NCBI RefSeq assembly: GCF_009914755.1
Contig: NC_060925.1
Source of the DNA: the human T2T-CHM13v2.0 reference genome, Homo sapiens
Length of the DNA: 64,000 nucleotides
Reading direction: 5' to 3' (one strand)
A program made the translations under genes and the position numbers. Positions 13,163 through 25,174 of the stretch are shown here, piece after piece. How positions within the stretch are numbered: position 1 is the stretch's first letter; each line of letters begins with the position of its first letter. The notes beneath the pieces are model-generated. The model had not been told where the DNA came from. It searched no databases and saw only the letters and a list, made by a program, of their open reading frames with translations.

Positions 13163-13487
13163 GTAACTGCCCATGCTCACCCTGGCACTGACCAGCCCCA
13201 CCCCCTCCCCAGCAGCCAGAGAAGCAGTGGCCCGGGGCAGTTCCGAGGGCAGTGCCTGCAGTCAAGTGGCCGGGTCAGGCGTGGTGATCTCTTCTTGCCT
13301 CGTGATGTCAGGGTTAGGGAGCTGCCAGTTTCAGAACAAGCTGTGCTGGACAGGTTACCTCCTGAGTGGAGTCATTAACTTCCCCACGTCTCAACTGAAA
13401 GGGGCCTGAGTGATATAGAGAAAGTGGAGAGGGGTTTCTCGTTGTGATCATTTTACCTTTCTTACAGCTAACTCCACCACTAAGTCA

Positions 13488-13493
13488 ATTAAA
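13488..13493 (+). terminator. Candidate intronic poly(A) signal ATTAAA after Ig6
   Basis: Followed ~28 nt later by GU-rich gagtttgtgtttgtgct (13518-13534). Confidence 0.5.
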
Positions 13494-14047
13494 ACAATCC
13501 ATCCTTAAAGCAAGACTGAGTTTGTGTTTGTGCTTCCAATGACCTCTGCCAGCCTTCCTTTCCCTCCCGCTCCATCCCTGGGTTTTGGTAGCGTTTCATC
13601 ACATGCTATGCACTAAGCAAGATGACGTTGTGTCTTCCTGTCCTGCACCCAGGCTGGACTGTAAATACTAAGCTAACCCAAACCAAGAGGAAGGAGGCCT
13701 CTCCCTTCCAGGCAAGCAGGTCCTCTGTCACCTCTGCCTCCCCGTGGGTGCCCTACTGCCACTAGCATTGGCGCAGTGGAGAGGCACAGTTGCAGAGAGG
13801 GTGGGCCCAGACACGATAGTCACATTGGGATGGTAAGGAAACAGAGGTGCCGCCCCCAGCTGTGGAGGAAACACAGATGGCCTCTATAAGGGTAGGGGAT
13901 TCCCCATGGAAGGACGGGGACAGCCCTGCCTAGAACACCTCAGCCCAGAGGCAGCTGTTTAAGCCTCGGCTGCCTACCCCCATCCTTCTAGAACACCTTT
14001 AATGCTGGATAACCTGCTAACCTGGATAACCCGTCTTACCTTTGCAG

Positions 14048-14092
14048 CTGATCAGGCCACTCCAACTAACCGTTTGGCTGCCCTGCCCAAAG
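14048..14092 (+). CDS. NFASC: NFASC alternative 45-nt Ig6-FNIII1 linker exon (ADQATPTNRLAALPK)
   Basis: ttgcag acceptor, gtaatt donor, phase 1-1 symmetric; matches the known neurofascin linker insert. Confidence 0.92.
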
Positions 14093-15334
14093 GTAATTCC
14101 CACTAATCACAGTCCCCTGCCAGTGCCCTCTCTTGGCACCCAGGGTGTGGAGTCTGGGAGAAGGAAGCCACTTTGGGAAAGGGCGACAGTGTGTAGGTTT
14201 GTGGGCAGCACTCCTGGCTACATGGGACCTCCTTTGAGTTGCCCACGTCCACCTCCCCACGGCCCTTTGCTGGGCTTCCTGCTCCTTACAGGGTGAGCTC
14301 GGAAGTTCTCGGCTGCTGTTTTACCCCATCCCTTGCCTCCATCCACACTCACCGCTCCCTCAGGGTGGCCTGTCCTCCCAGCAGTCTTTCAGGTCCTGTT
14401 TGCAGGGAATGCGAAAGCCTGCTCCCTTCACATCACCTGGAAACTCATTGTTCAGCCTCCCTGCATCTATTGCTTTCTATCCATTTACAATCTACACACA
14501 CATGCCACACATACGTGAACGTGGGCCTGTAGGACTCACCTTCCAAGTCCTTCTAGTGACCATCTGAAAGATGGAAATACCTGGTTCAGGGAGTCAAGAT
14601 GGAGAGAAAATCTTGCCTACCCGTACCACTCAGTAGCCGATGTCTTTATCCCAGGCCAGGATGGCACTTAGACCCACTAAAGCAGTCCCAGTGAGATTCA
14701 TGCCCTAAAAAAGGTGCTGCCCTCACCGCTGTTTGCAAGCCTGCTAGGCTTCTGTCCTGCTGTCCATCAATGAAATGCCTAAGCCAAGTCTCCATCTCCT
14801 CCCTGGTCTGATCCCCTCTCTTTGTTGCCCCCACTCCCCTAACCCATCTGCCATGTTCAGCAGGCCAAGCCCTCTCCTGGGTTCCCATCTCCTCAGAGCC
14901 TTGGCACACAAAGTAGAGGACAATTAATGTGAGAAAATGGGACAGAATCCCACACTCCCTCATCAGCCTTCCTAAGTGTCGTGAGCATGGGTCTGATGAC
15001 GGGTGGCATTCCTGAATGCTTGCACTCTCAGAAGATCCACCAAGACGGAATGGCGTTGGTCCCAGTTCTGTCTGCATAAGCCCCTTTATTTCCTTGTTCC
15101 ACACCCATTGATATTCTTTGTGGGGGGGGGCTGGGATTTCAGGAGTCTCCTCTTTGTTTTCCCTTGGGCCCCTGTGGGAAGGGAGTGGTCCCTGTGCTCA
15201 CCCCTCAGGGCAGGCTGGGGTTGGATCCAGCTGGTAGCGAAGACAGCCCGTCAGGGAGCTGTCCAGGGCTAGGGCCATCACAAGGGTGGACCTGCTCTAA
15301 CTCAGGAGGCCTGCGTGGTGTCTTCTGCCACCAG

Positions 15335-15436
15335 GACGGCCAGACCGGCCCCGGGACCTGGAGCTGACCGACCTGGCCGAGAGGAGCGTGCGGCTGACCT
15401 GGATCCCCGGGGATGCTAACAACAGCCCCATCACAG
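15335..15436 (+). CDS. NFASC: NFASC exon, FNIII-1 N-half ([34 protein letters not shown])
   Basis: caccag acceptor, gtagct donor, 102 nt. Confidence 0.96.
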
Positions 15437-15728
15437 GTAGCTCAGGGCCTTGCACCCCAAAGCTGGAAAAGAGGGACGGCAACACCCTTAAACCGAAGGC
15501 CTTTCCTGGTTTCCAGCCCCACTTCTGCCTCGCTTGATGTGTGTCCTGGGCTAACCTCAGAATGTACAGAGGCCTTGGTGTCTCTTCCTGTGCCTTGGGA
15601 AGAATTCTCCTTGTGCCTTTGTGTGAGAGAGATTATAAAGATCAATGGAAGCCAAGAAGGAAGTGCTTTTAAAGAAGACCACTGCTAACTGAGCTCCCGA
15701 AACAGCTCTGTTTTCCTTGCCCACTCAG

Positions 15729-15926
15729 ACTACGTCGTCCAGTTTGAAGAAGACCAGTTCCAACCTGGGGTCTGGCATGACCATTCCAAGTACCCCGGCA
15801 GCGTTAACTCAGCCGTCCTCCGGCTGTCCCCGTATGTCAACTACCAGTTCCGTGTCATTGCCATCAACGAGGTTGGGAGCAGCCACCCCAGCCTCCCATC
15901 CGAGCGCTACCGAACCAGTGGAGCAC
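15729..15926 (+). CDS. NFASC: NFASC exon, FNIII-1 C-half ([66 protein letters not shown])
   Basis: actcag acceptor, gtgagt donor, 198 nt; FNIII LxPxxxYxFRVxAxN motif. Confidence 0.97.
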
Positions 15927-15999
15927 GTGAGTACCCGAGGGCTGCCAGAGAAGGCTCCGGAACCCCGCACCCCAAACTCACACTGAGATCCCCCCATTC

Positions 16000-16185
16000 C
16001 CAGCCATGTGAACTTAGGTTACTTAACTTCTCCAAGGCCCGGCCTCATCTGTGAGGCAGAGAGTAATAATAACACCTACATCACAGAGCTGTTGTGAACA
16101 TTTGAGAATGTGTGCCAGGTACTTACTATGATGCCTGGCATGTAGTGAGCACATGATAAATGCTAACTTCCATTTTTATTATTAG
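16000..16185 (+). mobile_element. MIR SINE
   Basis: ttacttaacttctc...cctcatctgtga...taataataacacctacatcacagagctgttgtga...gcctggcatgtagtgagc. Confidence 0.7.
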
Positions 16186-16736
16186 TAATTCTTGATTATC
16201 TGCTTTAAAGGGGAGAGCTGTGGCAAAGAGGTACAGCAGAAATACATAATTCAGTGTGAGAAATATATAAATTGGTATTACATCAGATTTCTTTTCCTAA
16301 CACTCTTGGGTAATATTTGGATTTCTGAAATCACACCAGCTCATAGAGGGTAGAGATGCTGCCCAAAAAAAATGTTAAATGCCAGGGATAAGCCAGTCTG
16401 GTATGAAACACATTTAGTGGATAATCCACAAAGGAGCTAATCCACATTGAGTTGGCTTACTGACCACCCACAGTGTGGAAAGCCTTATGATAAATGCTGT
16501 CTGGTAAAGGATTAAAATTCAGAAGAAATTAGCCCTGCTCTGGGAGTTTAAATCTCAGCTCAAAAGGCACATCATGCACAGAGTAAGCTCATTTACATAC
16601 CAGACCAAGCGTATACATAGATGCCGAGGAAAGACAGAGCATAGAACAGACCCATCAGGTAGGACAGAGGAAGGTTCCTTACCTTGCCCTGGAAAGGCAC
16701 AAATTGGACTTGAGCCTGTGTCTGTTTGGGTTCCAG

Positions 16737-16807
16737 CCCCCGAGTCCAATCCTGGTGACGTGAAGGGAGAGGGGACCAGAAAGAACAACATGGAGATCAC
16801 GTGGACG
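16737..16807 (+). CDS. NFASC: NFASC exon, FNIII-2 N-half ([24 protein letters not shown])
   Basis: ttccag acceptor, gtaaga donor, 71 nt. Confidence 0.96.
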
Positions 16808-18164
16808 GTAAGAGGCCCTCCCAGCCCCAGTGGAGCAGCTCACCTTGCCGCATGCACCGGGAGCCCCTCTCCCTTGATGCCCCGACACTACGAGGCCATG
16901 ATGTGGTTCAGACTCTCTGGCTGGTCTTGGTGGCCATTCTTCTTTGAGAAACCAAGCTCCTCTCTGAGTTGGGCATCCAGAAACCAAACAGGACAAATGT
17001 CTAAGCGTAAGATTTCAGAGAGGAGACAGGAGCAGAGGGGACCAGGGTCCACCGACTGCCAGTCTAGCAAAACGCATAGAGGATGCAGCAAAATCAAGCA
17101 GACTTCTCTTGAAGGAGGAGGGACTGGGGTTAGACTTTAGAAAAGATCTAAGCACAACACCAAACCAAGTTCTGGTGTGTCCTAGGGCCCTTTCACTGGA
17201 GATTTGTGGGAGCTGGGGAGAGACCAACATCTGAGATGTGTCCAGTACAGGCTTTCTTTTGGTCCAAGAATGGACTAGGTCATTCCAAAGACTCCCTCTG
17301 GTCTTAGAAAATCCCATCTTCATGCTGGCTCACTGACTACATTTTCCAAACCAAAACTGGAGTATGTGGTCTCAAAATGACTTTTTTCCCAAACCACTTC
17401 CCAGTCTGAGAATGCAAACGCAGCCACTGAAATATTAACATTTCTGAGCTTCTGCCATGAGTAATGGAAACTGGGAGATGCAGTGTTTGGGATCATGACC
17501 TTCCCTGTCTTTCTGAAGGCTGCTCCCACAGCAGCCTTGGCCAAACAGGGCAACGGCAGCTGGGCTGAGCCCAGATTCAGGACCCTGGTCTGTGGCTCTG
17601 TATAGCAGGCTCCAAGAGGACTGATTCCTGGGCCAGGCCCTTAGAAAATAAAGAGCAGAATCACACCCATGTTTAAAGAACTCTGACCTCTTGGGAAGGA
17701 CAGGACAGACACACACAAATTCGGTAGAACTAAAGTCCATTCTGGAATTTTGAGTTCATTAGCAGGAGCCATGCTGTGGTTAACCACAACTCATTTCTTC
17801 TGACTTTGGAGAAGTTTACCTTTTGTCTATATTTTGCTTTATTGGTTGCTCCTGTCACAGGAAGGAGTTTTGTTGAAAATAAAACCTTTGCACCTACAAA
17901 TGCGGGTGGCTCTCAGAGTCAGAGTAACTGGGTCTCAGGCGAAGCCTCTGTCACAGAAAATCTGCATGCTGCTGGGTTCACAGGACCTTGGGCTTTTGGG
18001 GGACTCACTGGGGTGGGGGATATGGTCTTCCCTACCCTGCAAGGGGGCAGGCCAGTGTTGGGCACATCTGGAAGGGATGCCTGGCACAGCAAGAGAGGGC
18101 AAGCTGTGGGTGGATCTGGGCCCCTCTCTGGCAGCCTCTCCAGCCTGTCTGTCCCTCTGCCCAG

Positions 18165-18387
18165 CCCATGAATGCCACCTCGGCCTTTGGCCCCAACCTG
18201 CGCTACATTGTCAAGTGGAGGCGGAGAGAGACTCGAGAGGCCTGGAACAACGTCACAGTGTGGGGCTCTCGCTACGTGGTGGGGCAGACCCCAGTCTACG
18301 TGCCCTATGAGATCCGAGTCCAGGCTGAAAATGACTTCGGGAAGGGCCCTGAGCCAGAGTCCGTCATCGGTTACTCCGGAGAAGATT
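18165..18387 (+). CDS. NFASC: NFASC exon, FNIII-2 C-half ([18 protein letters not shown]...[27 protein letters not shown])
   Basis: gcccag acceptor, gtgagt donor, 223 nt. Confidence 0.97.
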
Positions 18388-19689
18388 GTGAGTAGTCTCC
18401 TCCCCGTCCCCCCATCAGGACCCTTGTGGCTAGGTCGCACGAGGCCATGCTCACAGGCCAGGAACCTTGGGGTGGGTATGGGAGGACAGCCAGTTCCCAG
18501 GAAGGAAAAATGTTCTGTAGTGACCTAGAGCAGACAGGCACCCAGTAATGTCAGGAGTGGAAATATCATCCGAACGTAGTTGGAATTACTGAATGTCATC
18601 ACCCAGTCCAGAATTCTCATTTCACAGATGTGAAAACTGAGGCCCAAAAAGGGAAAACCCTCGGCAGTGTTCCATAGTCATCAATGTCAGTCTTGAGAAC
18701 AGAGCCCAGGTCTTCCGATCCCCTGGCAGTCTGCCTTACTGCTAAGCCATACTAGTACCAAGAAAAAACATCAGGACTGCCCATCCTAAAGAGCTATAAT
18801 TAGACACTTCTGTAGGAAGCAGGGCAGCTGGCCAGAGGTTCCCCCGGGGAAGCCTTGAGGGATCAGGAGGCCTCCTCAGCAACCAGACAGGAGCACCCCA
18901 GACCAGCCCCTCCTGGTGCTCCCGCTGCGGCTCCCAGCCCTGGGAACTGAGCACAGAAAGAGAAGGTCTTTGGGGGCTGGCCCCTGGTAAAACAACAAGA
19001 TTCTGGTCATATACATGGACATATATGCCTGGCTTCCCAGACGGTGGTGGCCTCTCTGTCCCCAGCACATCAATCCTGTAGGCTGCTAAACAAAGCAGGG
19101 GTGTCGGGGAGTCCCCTCCTGGTTGAGGGCCTTTGCGCCCTGTTGAGTCTGGGTCTGATCGGAGAAGTGATCATGTAGGTGGATGGAGTGGGCAGAAGGA
19201 AGGGAGGAGGGACAGTCTTGAGTGGGGGAACTTAGAAGGAGCAGTCAAGAGTACGGCCAGTGGCGTTCCTAACAGTGAGATGGAGGAAGGGAGGGCTGGG
19301 CCCTGGGCCCCACTTTCCCAGAGGTGATTATGGATTGGACTCACAAGGGAGATGAGCAGAGAGGGTCAGCAGGTCCTCTGTCCATCCCACTCCTCACCTC
19401 CATGGTGGTGGGCACTTCAGACAGGAGCCCGATGGGACCACTGGATGGTAAGTGCAGAAAGGGTGGCATCTGGTCATGGATTTTATGGACCAGCCCACAG
19501 TTTCCATTGCACGCTTCTACCCTGCGGCCCACGCTCTGATGGATTAGAAGGGACGAGGCAGAGCTGCTTTTGCGGCAGAGTGGAGAAAACAGGGACAAGA
19601 ATCAGTTATGGGGGAGGGAGGGGCCTTCCCTTTCCAGGTAGTCGCAGGGTCAGAATCACTTCCTGAACTAGATTAGGGCATCTTCAACC

Positions 19690-20148
19690 TGTGGGTAATG
19701 TTTCCTGCCAGGAAACAGATGCATTCTCAAAAGGAACTATTTATAACGTGTGGAGAGAGTTGGAGGGAAAACGGCAAGATACGTGATCCACCTTAAAGGC
19801 TGGCAGCAGCAGGAAGCCATTATGCCACTCTGAGCCTCCATGGACGGGGATAGATGAGTCCACAGCAAGCAAGGACCGCCCTTAGGAGCCATGGCCTTAG
19901 GTAGAAGAGTACAAGGCTGTCAACCTGTAGCCCAGCAAAGAGGAACCCAGGGGAATTGATACCCACCCTTCCTCTCCTCCTGCCCTGGGGCCTCCTGTTG
20001 GCACCTGCTATTGGTTAAACCCATCTGGAAGCCTGAGAACAAGGGAACCCCGCTGATAAGGTCCAGCGAGGGCAGCCCCCCAGGAGAAGGAGCAGGGTGA
20101 GGAAGGGTGGAGGACAAAACGAAGGGGCTGATGGAAACTACCCAGCAC
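19690..20148. mobile_element. ERVL-type LTR relic (LTR33-like)
   Basis: cctgctattggttaaacccatctggaagcctgagaacaagggaaccc...agcagggtgaggaagggtggag...cccagcaca resembles an LTR33-family end (from memory). Confidence 0.45.
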
Positions 20149-20393
20149 AGGAGGGGGCAAATGAGTGCCCTCTGAACATGTAGGCAGAGTCTCTTCCACC
20201 TAGACTGCCACCCTTTTGTCCTGAGCCTTCCCCACCACTTTTTCAAGTACTGTCTCATGGAGGAGATATGGCCCCTGCCCTCATGGAATGCCCAGTGTTG
20301 AGTGGAGTGCAGGTACAGGCCAGCAGAGAACAAGTCAGAAGCAACTGTAGAGTCCTGCCTGCATAACCAGCTCTCTGTCCCAACACATTGCAG

Positions 20394-20509
20394 ATCCCAG
20401 GGCTGCGCCCACTGAAGTTAAAGTCCGAGTCATGAACAGCACAGCCATCAGCCTTCAGTGGAACCGCGTCTACTCCGACACGGTCCAGGGCCAGCTCAGA
20501 GAGTACCGA
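20394..20509 (+). CDS. NFASC: NFASC alternative exon, FNIII-3 N-half (YPRAAPTEVKVRVMNSTAISLQWNRVYSDTVQGQLREYR), glial NF155-type
   Basis: ttgcag acceptor, gtgagg donor, 116 nt; with the next exon totals 321 nt (in frame only as a pair); absent from the ORF track. Confidence 0.94.
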
Positions 20510-20688
20510 GTGAGGAAGCCAGCTCCGGACTCACCTAACTACCCAGCTCACTAACCAGGGCCAGGGGTAGCAAATGCGGGCTATAAGATATTTGAAAGAA
20601 ACCCTAGCGTTGTTTATTGAATCCAGGGTTGACTCAAGAAGATAATGTCTAGGGTTAGATGTTCAAAAATATACCCAGAAAAAAAAAT

Positions 20689-20778
20689 TATATATATATG
20701 TGTGTGTGTGTGTGTATATATATATATGTGTGTGTGTGTGTATATATATACGCATATATATATATATATATATATACA
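20689..20778. repeat. Compound (TA)n/(TG)n microsatellite
   Basis: ~90 bp of alternating purine-pyrimidine sequence. Confidence 0.95.
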
Positions 20779-22273
20779 CCCAGATGTGTCCAACAGATAT
20801 GCTGAGAGATTCTGCTCAGCAGAAAATCACGTGAAAGGTGGTGGGTTTGGGTTGGTGTTGCATAGCACGTTGCGTTTGGAATACATGCGTGAGTGGGCAC
20901 ACATGTATCTTCAGAGCAGTGTTGAGGCACCGCTGAGCTACTCCCCTCCCCTCTCCCAATGGCTCCTACTGGGCTCCTTATCTCCTAAGCCACAACTAAC
21001 AGGCAAAGCCACTGAAGCATGCAAATGCCCTCCCTGTTGTCGCAGCCAACTCCAGATAACCCAGTATATGGACTATCAAGGCTCTTGGCTTCTCTTGGTC
21101 CTCCCTGCCTGAGAGCAGTTTCTGCTCTATCATCCATCCTCTTCAAAAGGGTGAGCTCAGATGGGAAGAAGAGAGAGAGCACCCAGGGTATACACGGCGC
21201 TCCCTTCTGAGTAGCGCTAATTAAAAGTTGGCTGGAAAGTGAGGGAGGCAGTAACTGTGATTAATGCACGTTCTGTGGCCTCAGAGGTCATCAGGAGTTG
21301 GCTGATGGACAGTTGGAGGCAGAGCAAGAGAGGCTAGTCTCTTCCCAGGAAATGAATTTGGCCAGTAGGGGAAAGAAGGCAACGTGATGTGTACACTTGA
21401 ATGAGCTCTTCCCCACAGATGACTTGCACCCTTAACCTACTTGCTTAGAGATTTTTCTGGCTAAAGCTTCCCCATGGGTCCCCCTCTAAGTCTGGACCCC
21501 TTCCTACCTTGCCACAGGCAGCCTGGGAGACACTGGCGTGGCCAACTGACCTGTGGCTTCTTACCCACTGCTAATTAGAGACTTCTTGTTGCCCAAACTC
21601 ATTCCACTGCCCCCTCCAACACCACCATCTTCCATAGCTGTCCCTTCCCATCCAAGCTCTGCTACCATGCAGCCTGGCATCCCACTGACTTGGACATGTG
21701 ACTGTCTCATCCCTAAAGATCTTCCAACAATATGAAAAGAAGTCATTTTACTTCAAAGGATTAAATCAACCCTTTCTCATATTCAGACTTCCGGGGGTAA
21801 CTTGCTACCTTTCAACTGCTGCCTGCCGTCAATCTAAACCATACTAATCCAATTCAAGGTGATGTGGTCTTTGAGCACAGAGTGGAGCTTTCCATGCCTG
21901 GACCCTTGGCTCACTATTTTTGGTTCTGGCACGGACTCCCTGAGCAACCTGGTACCCACCTTGGAAATCAGTCTCATGATGGAGCAGCTCAGATGTAAGT
22001 TTGGCCAACTTGCTCATTCCCCAAAGACGTGGCATGGATCAGAAAATAATTGGAACCAAAACCCTTATTTCTTGTTTAATATAAATTCATGTTCAGGAGT
22101 GGCTAATGAGCGGGGATTAAAAGGCTGCTTCCTCAGCCTGGATAGGACTGATGAGGTCATTTGGGACTTGGAGGCTGTAGCAAGCAAAGGAAAGACCGGT
22201 CACTACCACCACCACTAACAACTAACCCGGCCCTGCCTGCCTGACCCCTCACCAGCCTGCCTCTGTCCCGAAG

Positions 22274-22478
22274 GCCTACTACTGGAGGGAGAGCAGCTTG
22301 CTGAAGAACCTGTGGGTGTCTCAGAAGAGACAGCAAGCCAGCTTCCCTGGTGACCGCCTCCGTGGCGTGGTGTCCCGCCTCTTCCCCTACAGTAACTACA
22401 AGCTGGAGATGGTTGTGGTCAATGGGAGAGGTGATGGGCCTCGCAGTGAGACCAAGGAGTTCACCACCCCGGAAGGAG
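22274..22478 (+). CDS. NFASC: NFASC alternative exon, FNIII-3 C-half (AYYWRESSLLKNLW...NGRGDGPRSETKEFTTPEG), RGD at 22427-22435
   Basis: ccgaag acceptor, gtaggt donor, 205 nt; the RGD-bearing third FNIII is characteristic of NF155. Confidence 0.95.
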
Positions 22479-23781
22479 GTAGGTCTGGCCTGCAGCTCTT
22501 CAGGGTGGGGCAGGAGAAGGGTGGCACACACCTTGGGCCTGGAGAAACTCCAGCATGGCTCAGCGTGGATGGCACAAGGTGACTTCTGCGAGGCCTCCAG
22601 GAGCGGATGACCTGCAAGCCGAGCCACTACAGCCATTCCCAGACCACCATCACCAAGGTGACCTGCCCTGCGAGGAGGTTGTATCTCAAGAGAAGACCTG
22701 TGAGGTCTGCTGACATAATTCCAGACGGGTTATGCAGACTGATCCCCGAGGGCACGGCGGGCACCTGGGCCACCCCACCACCTTCCGAGGCAGAAGGCAG
22801 CACGTCCATCCTGACTGCCTGGAACCATCTGATTTGTTTGCCAGCACCCAACACCTTCACGGTTCTCCCCCCACGTTCTCAAGAAGCCGTCACTGAAATA
22901 GTCGGCCTGTGTGTGCGGTGGCTCTGCAGAGGGATACCCAAGTATAGCCCCGCCTTCTGCAGGCCTATGGTTTCACATGGCCCTGGGGTCAAAACCCCTA
23001 TTTTTTGTTTCACATAAATTCAAGTTCATGAATTAACAGATGACTGCAAAGTTCCTGGTTCATCTCCTTGTTCTTGCCAGTCTTCTTTTATCTGCTTTGC
23101 ATCTGTTTCATCCTCCTCCGTTTCTCCTCCCTCCCTCTTTAATTGTTATTTTCCCCATTTTTCCTCTTCTCTTCCTCCTGTCCTCTGTTCTTCCCTCTTG
23201 TTCTCTTTATCCCTGTCTTTCCCTCCCCTTGGTTTGGTTTTCATCATTGGCCTCTCCCCAACACTCCCACCCTCCCACCTCTTCCGGATGTTCCACCCTG
23301 GCTTTCTGTCTCCTTACCCCTGAACCCAACATTCTCAGCTCAGAAGCCTGGGCCTGCTGCCTGGACCCAGTGATGAGAATCCTTATCTGAGGATAGGGAA
23401 CTGCAGCCTCTGTACAAAACAGCTGTAAGTGGTTCTCTACCTAGGAATGGCTCTGCCCAATTTCGAGGTATCTTTGCAGAATCAGAGCCTAACATGTGCT
23501 GAATCCAGAGTAGTTGCTAGAAGAAAACCTGATTTACTTCTTCCTCTCTTAAATAGCAGACTCTGAGCTATGTTTGTCCTCAGACCTGAAGGAAATAGCA
23601 TCCTGGATGGGGCAATGGGCTCCGGTCGTCTCACGGTTCTCCCAGGCTTCAGTTTAGCAGTGTCGAGCATGGGGGTTGTCCAGAGGTCAATGCCTTCATA
23701 CTTGTGCTTTGTTTTTTGTGTTTTCCTCATCCTCCCTGCCCCCTCCCCCTCATCTCCCCTGCTCTCTCCTCCTTCCCCAAG

Positions 23782-23904
23782 TACCCAGTGCCCCTAGGCG
23801 TTTCCGAGTCCGGCAGCCCAACCTGGAGACAATCAACCTGGAATGGGATCATCCTGAGCATCCAAATGGGATCATGATTGGATACACTCTCAAATATGTG
23901 GCCT
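23782..23904 (+). CDS. NFASC: NFASC exon, FNIII-4 N-half ([40 protein letters not shown])
   Basis: cccaag acceptor, gtacgt donor, 123 nt. Confidence 0.95.
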
Positions 23905-25000
23905 GTACGTTCTGCCCTTCCCTTTCTCTTAGATAATCTGGGAACCAGAAACCCCATTCTCACCACTTTTCCTAAGGACTCAAGGTAGAAAGCCTGTGGG
24001 TGCAGATGGCATTGTGGAGGGATGGAGGGGCCAACGAAACAGTTCCCAATAGGATTAGGGGAGGCAGATGGGACTCAATCCCTGCTCTCCTTTCATAGTT
24101 CTGCCTGCAGGGAGCTTCTAGTCTCACTGATGAGACAAAGGGACCTCCAGTCTAATGAAGCAGACAGCCATGCCTTTAGGGATCTTTTGTAGTCTCCAAC
24201 ACGTACAGAGTCTAGGAGAGAGAGTTCCTCAAGCTCTGGAGCTTCCACCTGATGGGGTAGATAGTATACTCACAGGAGTCCACAGACAGTCAGGACACCC
24301 CTTGACAAGATGTCATTTATGATAAGGCAGCTGCATGTAGAGCTGCCCGGTGACTGTGGGGTGACCCGAATCAGGAGCCTGGGTTGGAAAGACCCCACCT
24401 CAAGAGCTCAGCATCACCATGCAGGGACAGGAGTGCCATTACATTTGAAACACTTTAGGCCTTCAAAAGTAGGTAACGTACCTCGTTAGGAAACTCAAAG
24501 AGCCAAATGTTGTGTTGTTAGCAATTTTAATAGCCAACTCTGTGCTTGTATGCTGTTCTGAATTGATCTCTGGACCAGACCCTTTCACCCTTTGAGGTCC
24601 ATTGAATAGGCACTTTACAAAGGAGGCATTAAGAATCAAAAGGCCTAGTGGCGTTGTCCTAGTTCTGTTTGAAAGGAAGAAAGAAAGTGAAGAGTTTTGT
24701 CCTTGTTGAAAGGGCTTAAGAATATAAACGGAATCTTTCTGAATCAGCCACATAACTCTGCAGTGAGCTAGAGACAACAGGATCAGTGAAGAAGGATTAA
24801 CCCTGGGTGTAATCAAAGAGCCCGGAGGGAGTTCTTGCCGAGTGTTCTGCCTTTGAACCAAGCCTTTAAGATCACCAGGCAGGTGCCATCATTTCCCTTT
24901 CCAGCAAAGTCAGGAAAGTGTTCTTCCTCCAGCTTGCAGATTATATAACCCATCAATAAATGTTGCTAAAGTTTAATTCCACTTACCTCTCTCTCCCCAG

Positions 25001-25174
25001 TTAACGGGACCAAAGTAGGAAAGCAGATAGTGGAAAACTTCTCTCCCAATCAGACCAAGTTCACGGTGCAAAGAACGGACCCCGTGTCACGCTACCGCTT
25101 TACCCTCAGCGCCAGGACGCAGGTGGGCTCTGGGGAAGCCGTCACAGAGGAGTCACCAGCACCCCCGAATGAAG
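25001..25174 (+). CDS. NFASC: NFASC exon, FNIII-4 C-half ([58 protein letters not shown])
   Basis: ccccag acceptor, gtaggt donor, 174 nt. Confidence 0.96.

Noticed and set aside
24955-24960. AATAAA 40 nt upstream of the FNIII-4b acceptor
   Set aside because: Overlaps the branch region of a constitutive acceptor with no distinct downstream element; insufficient support
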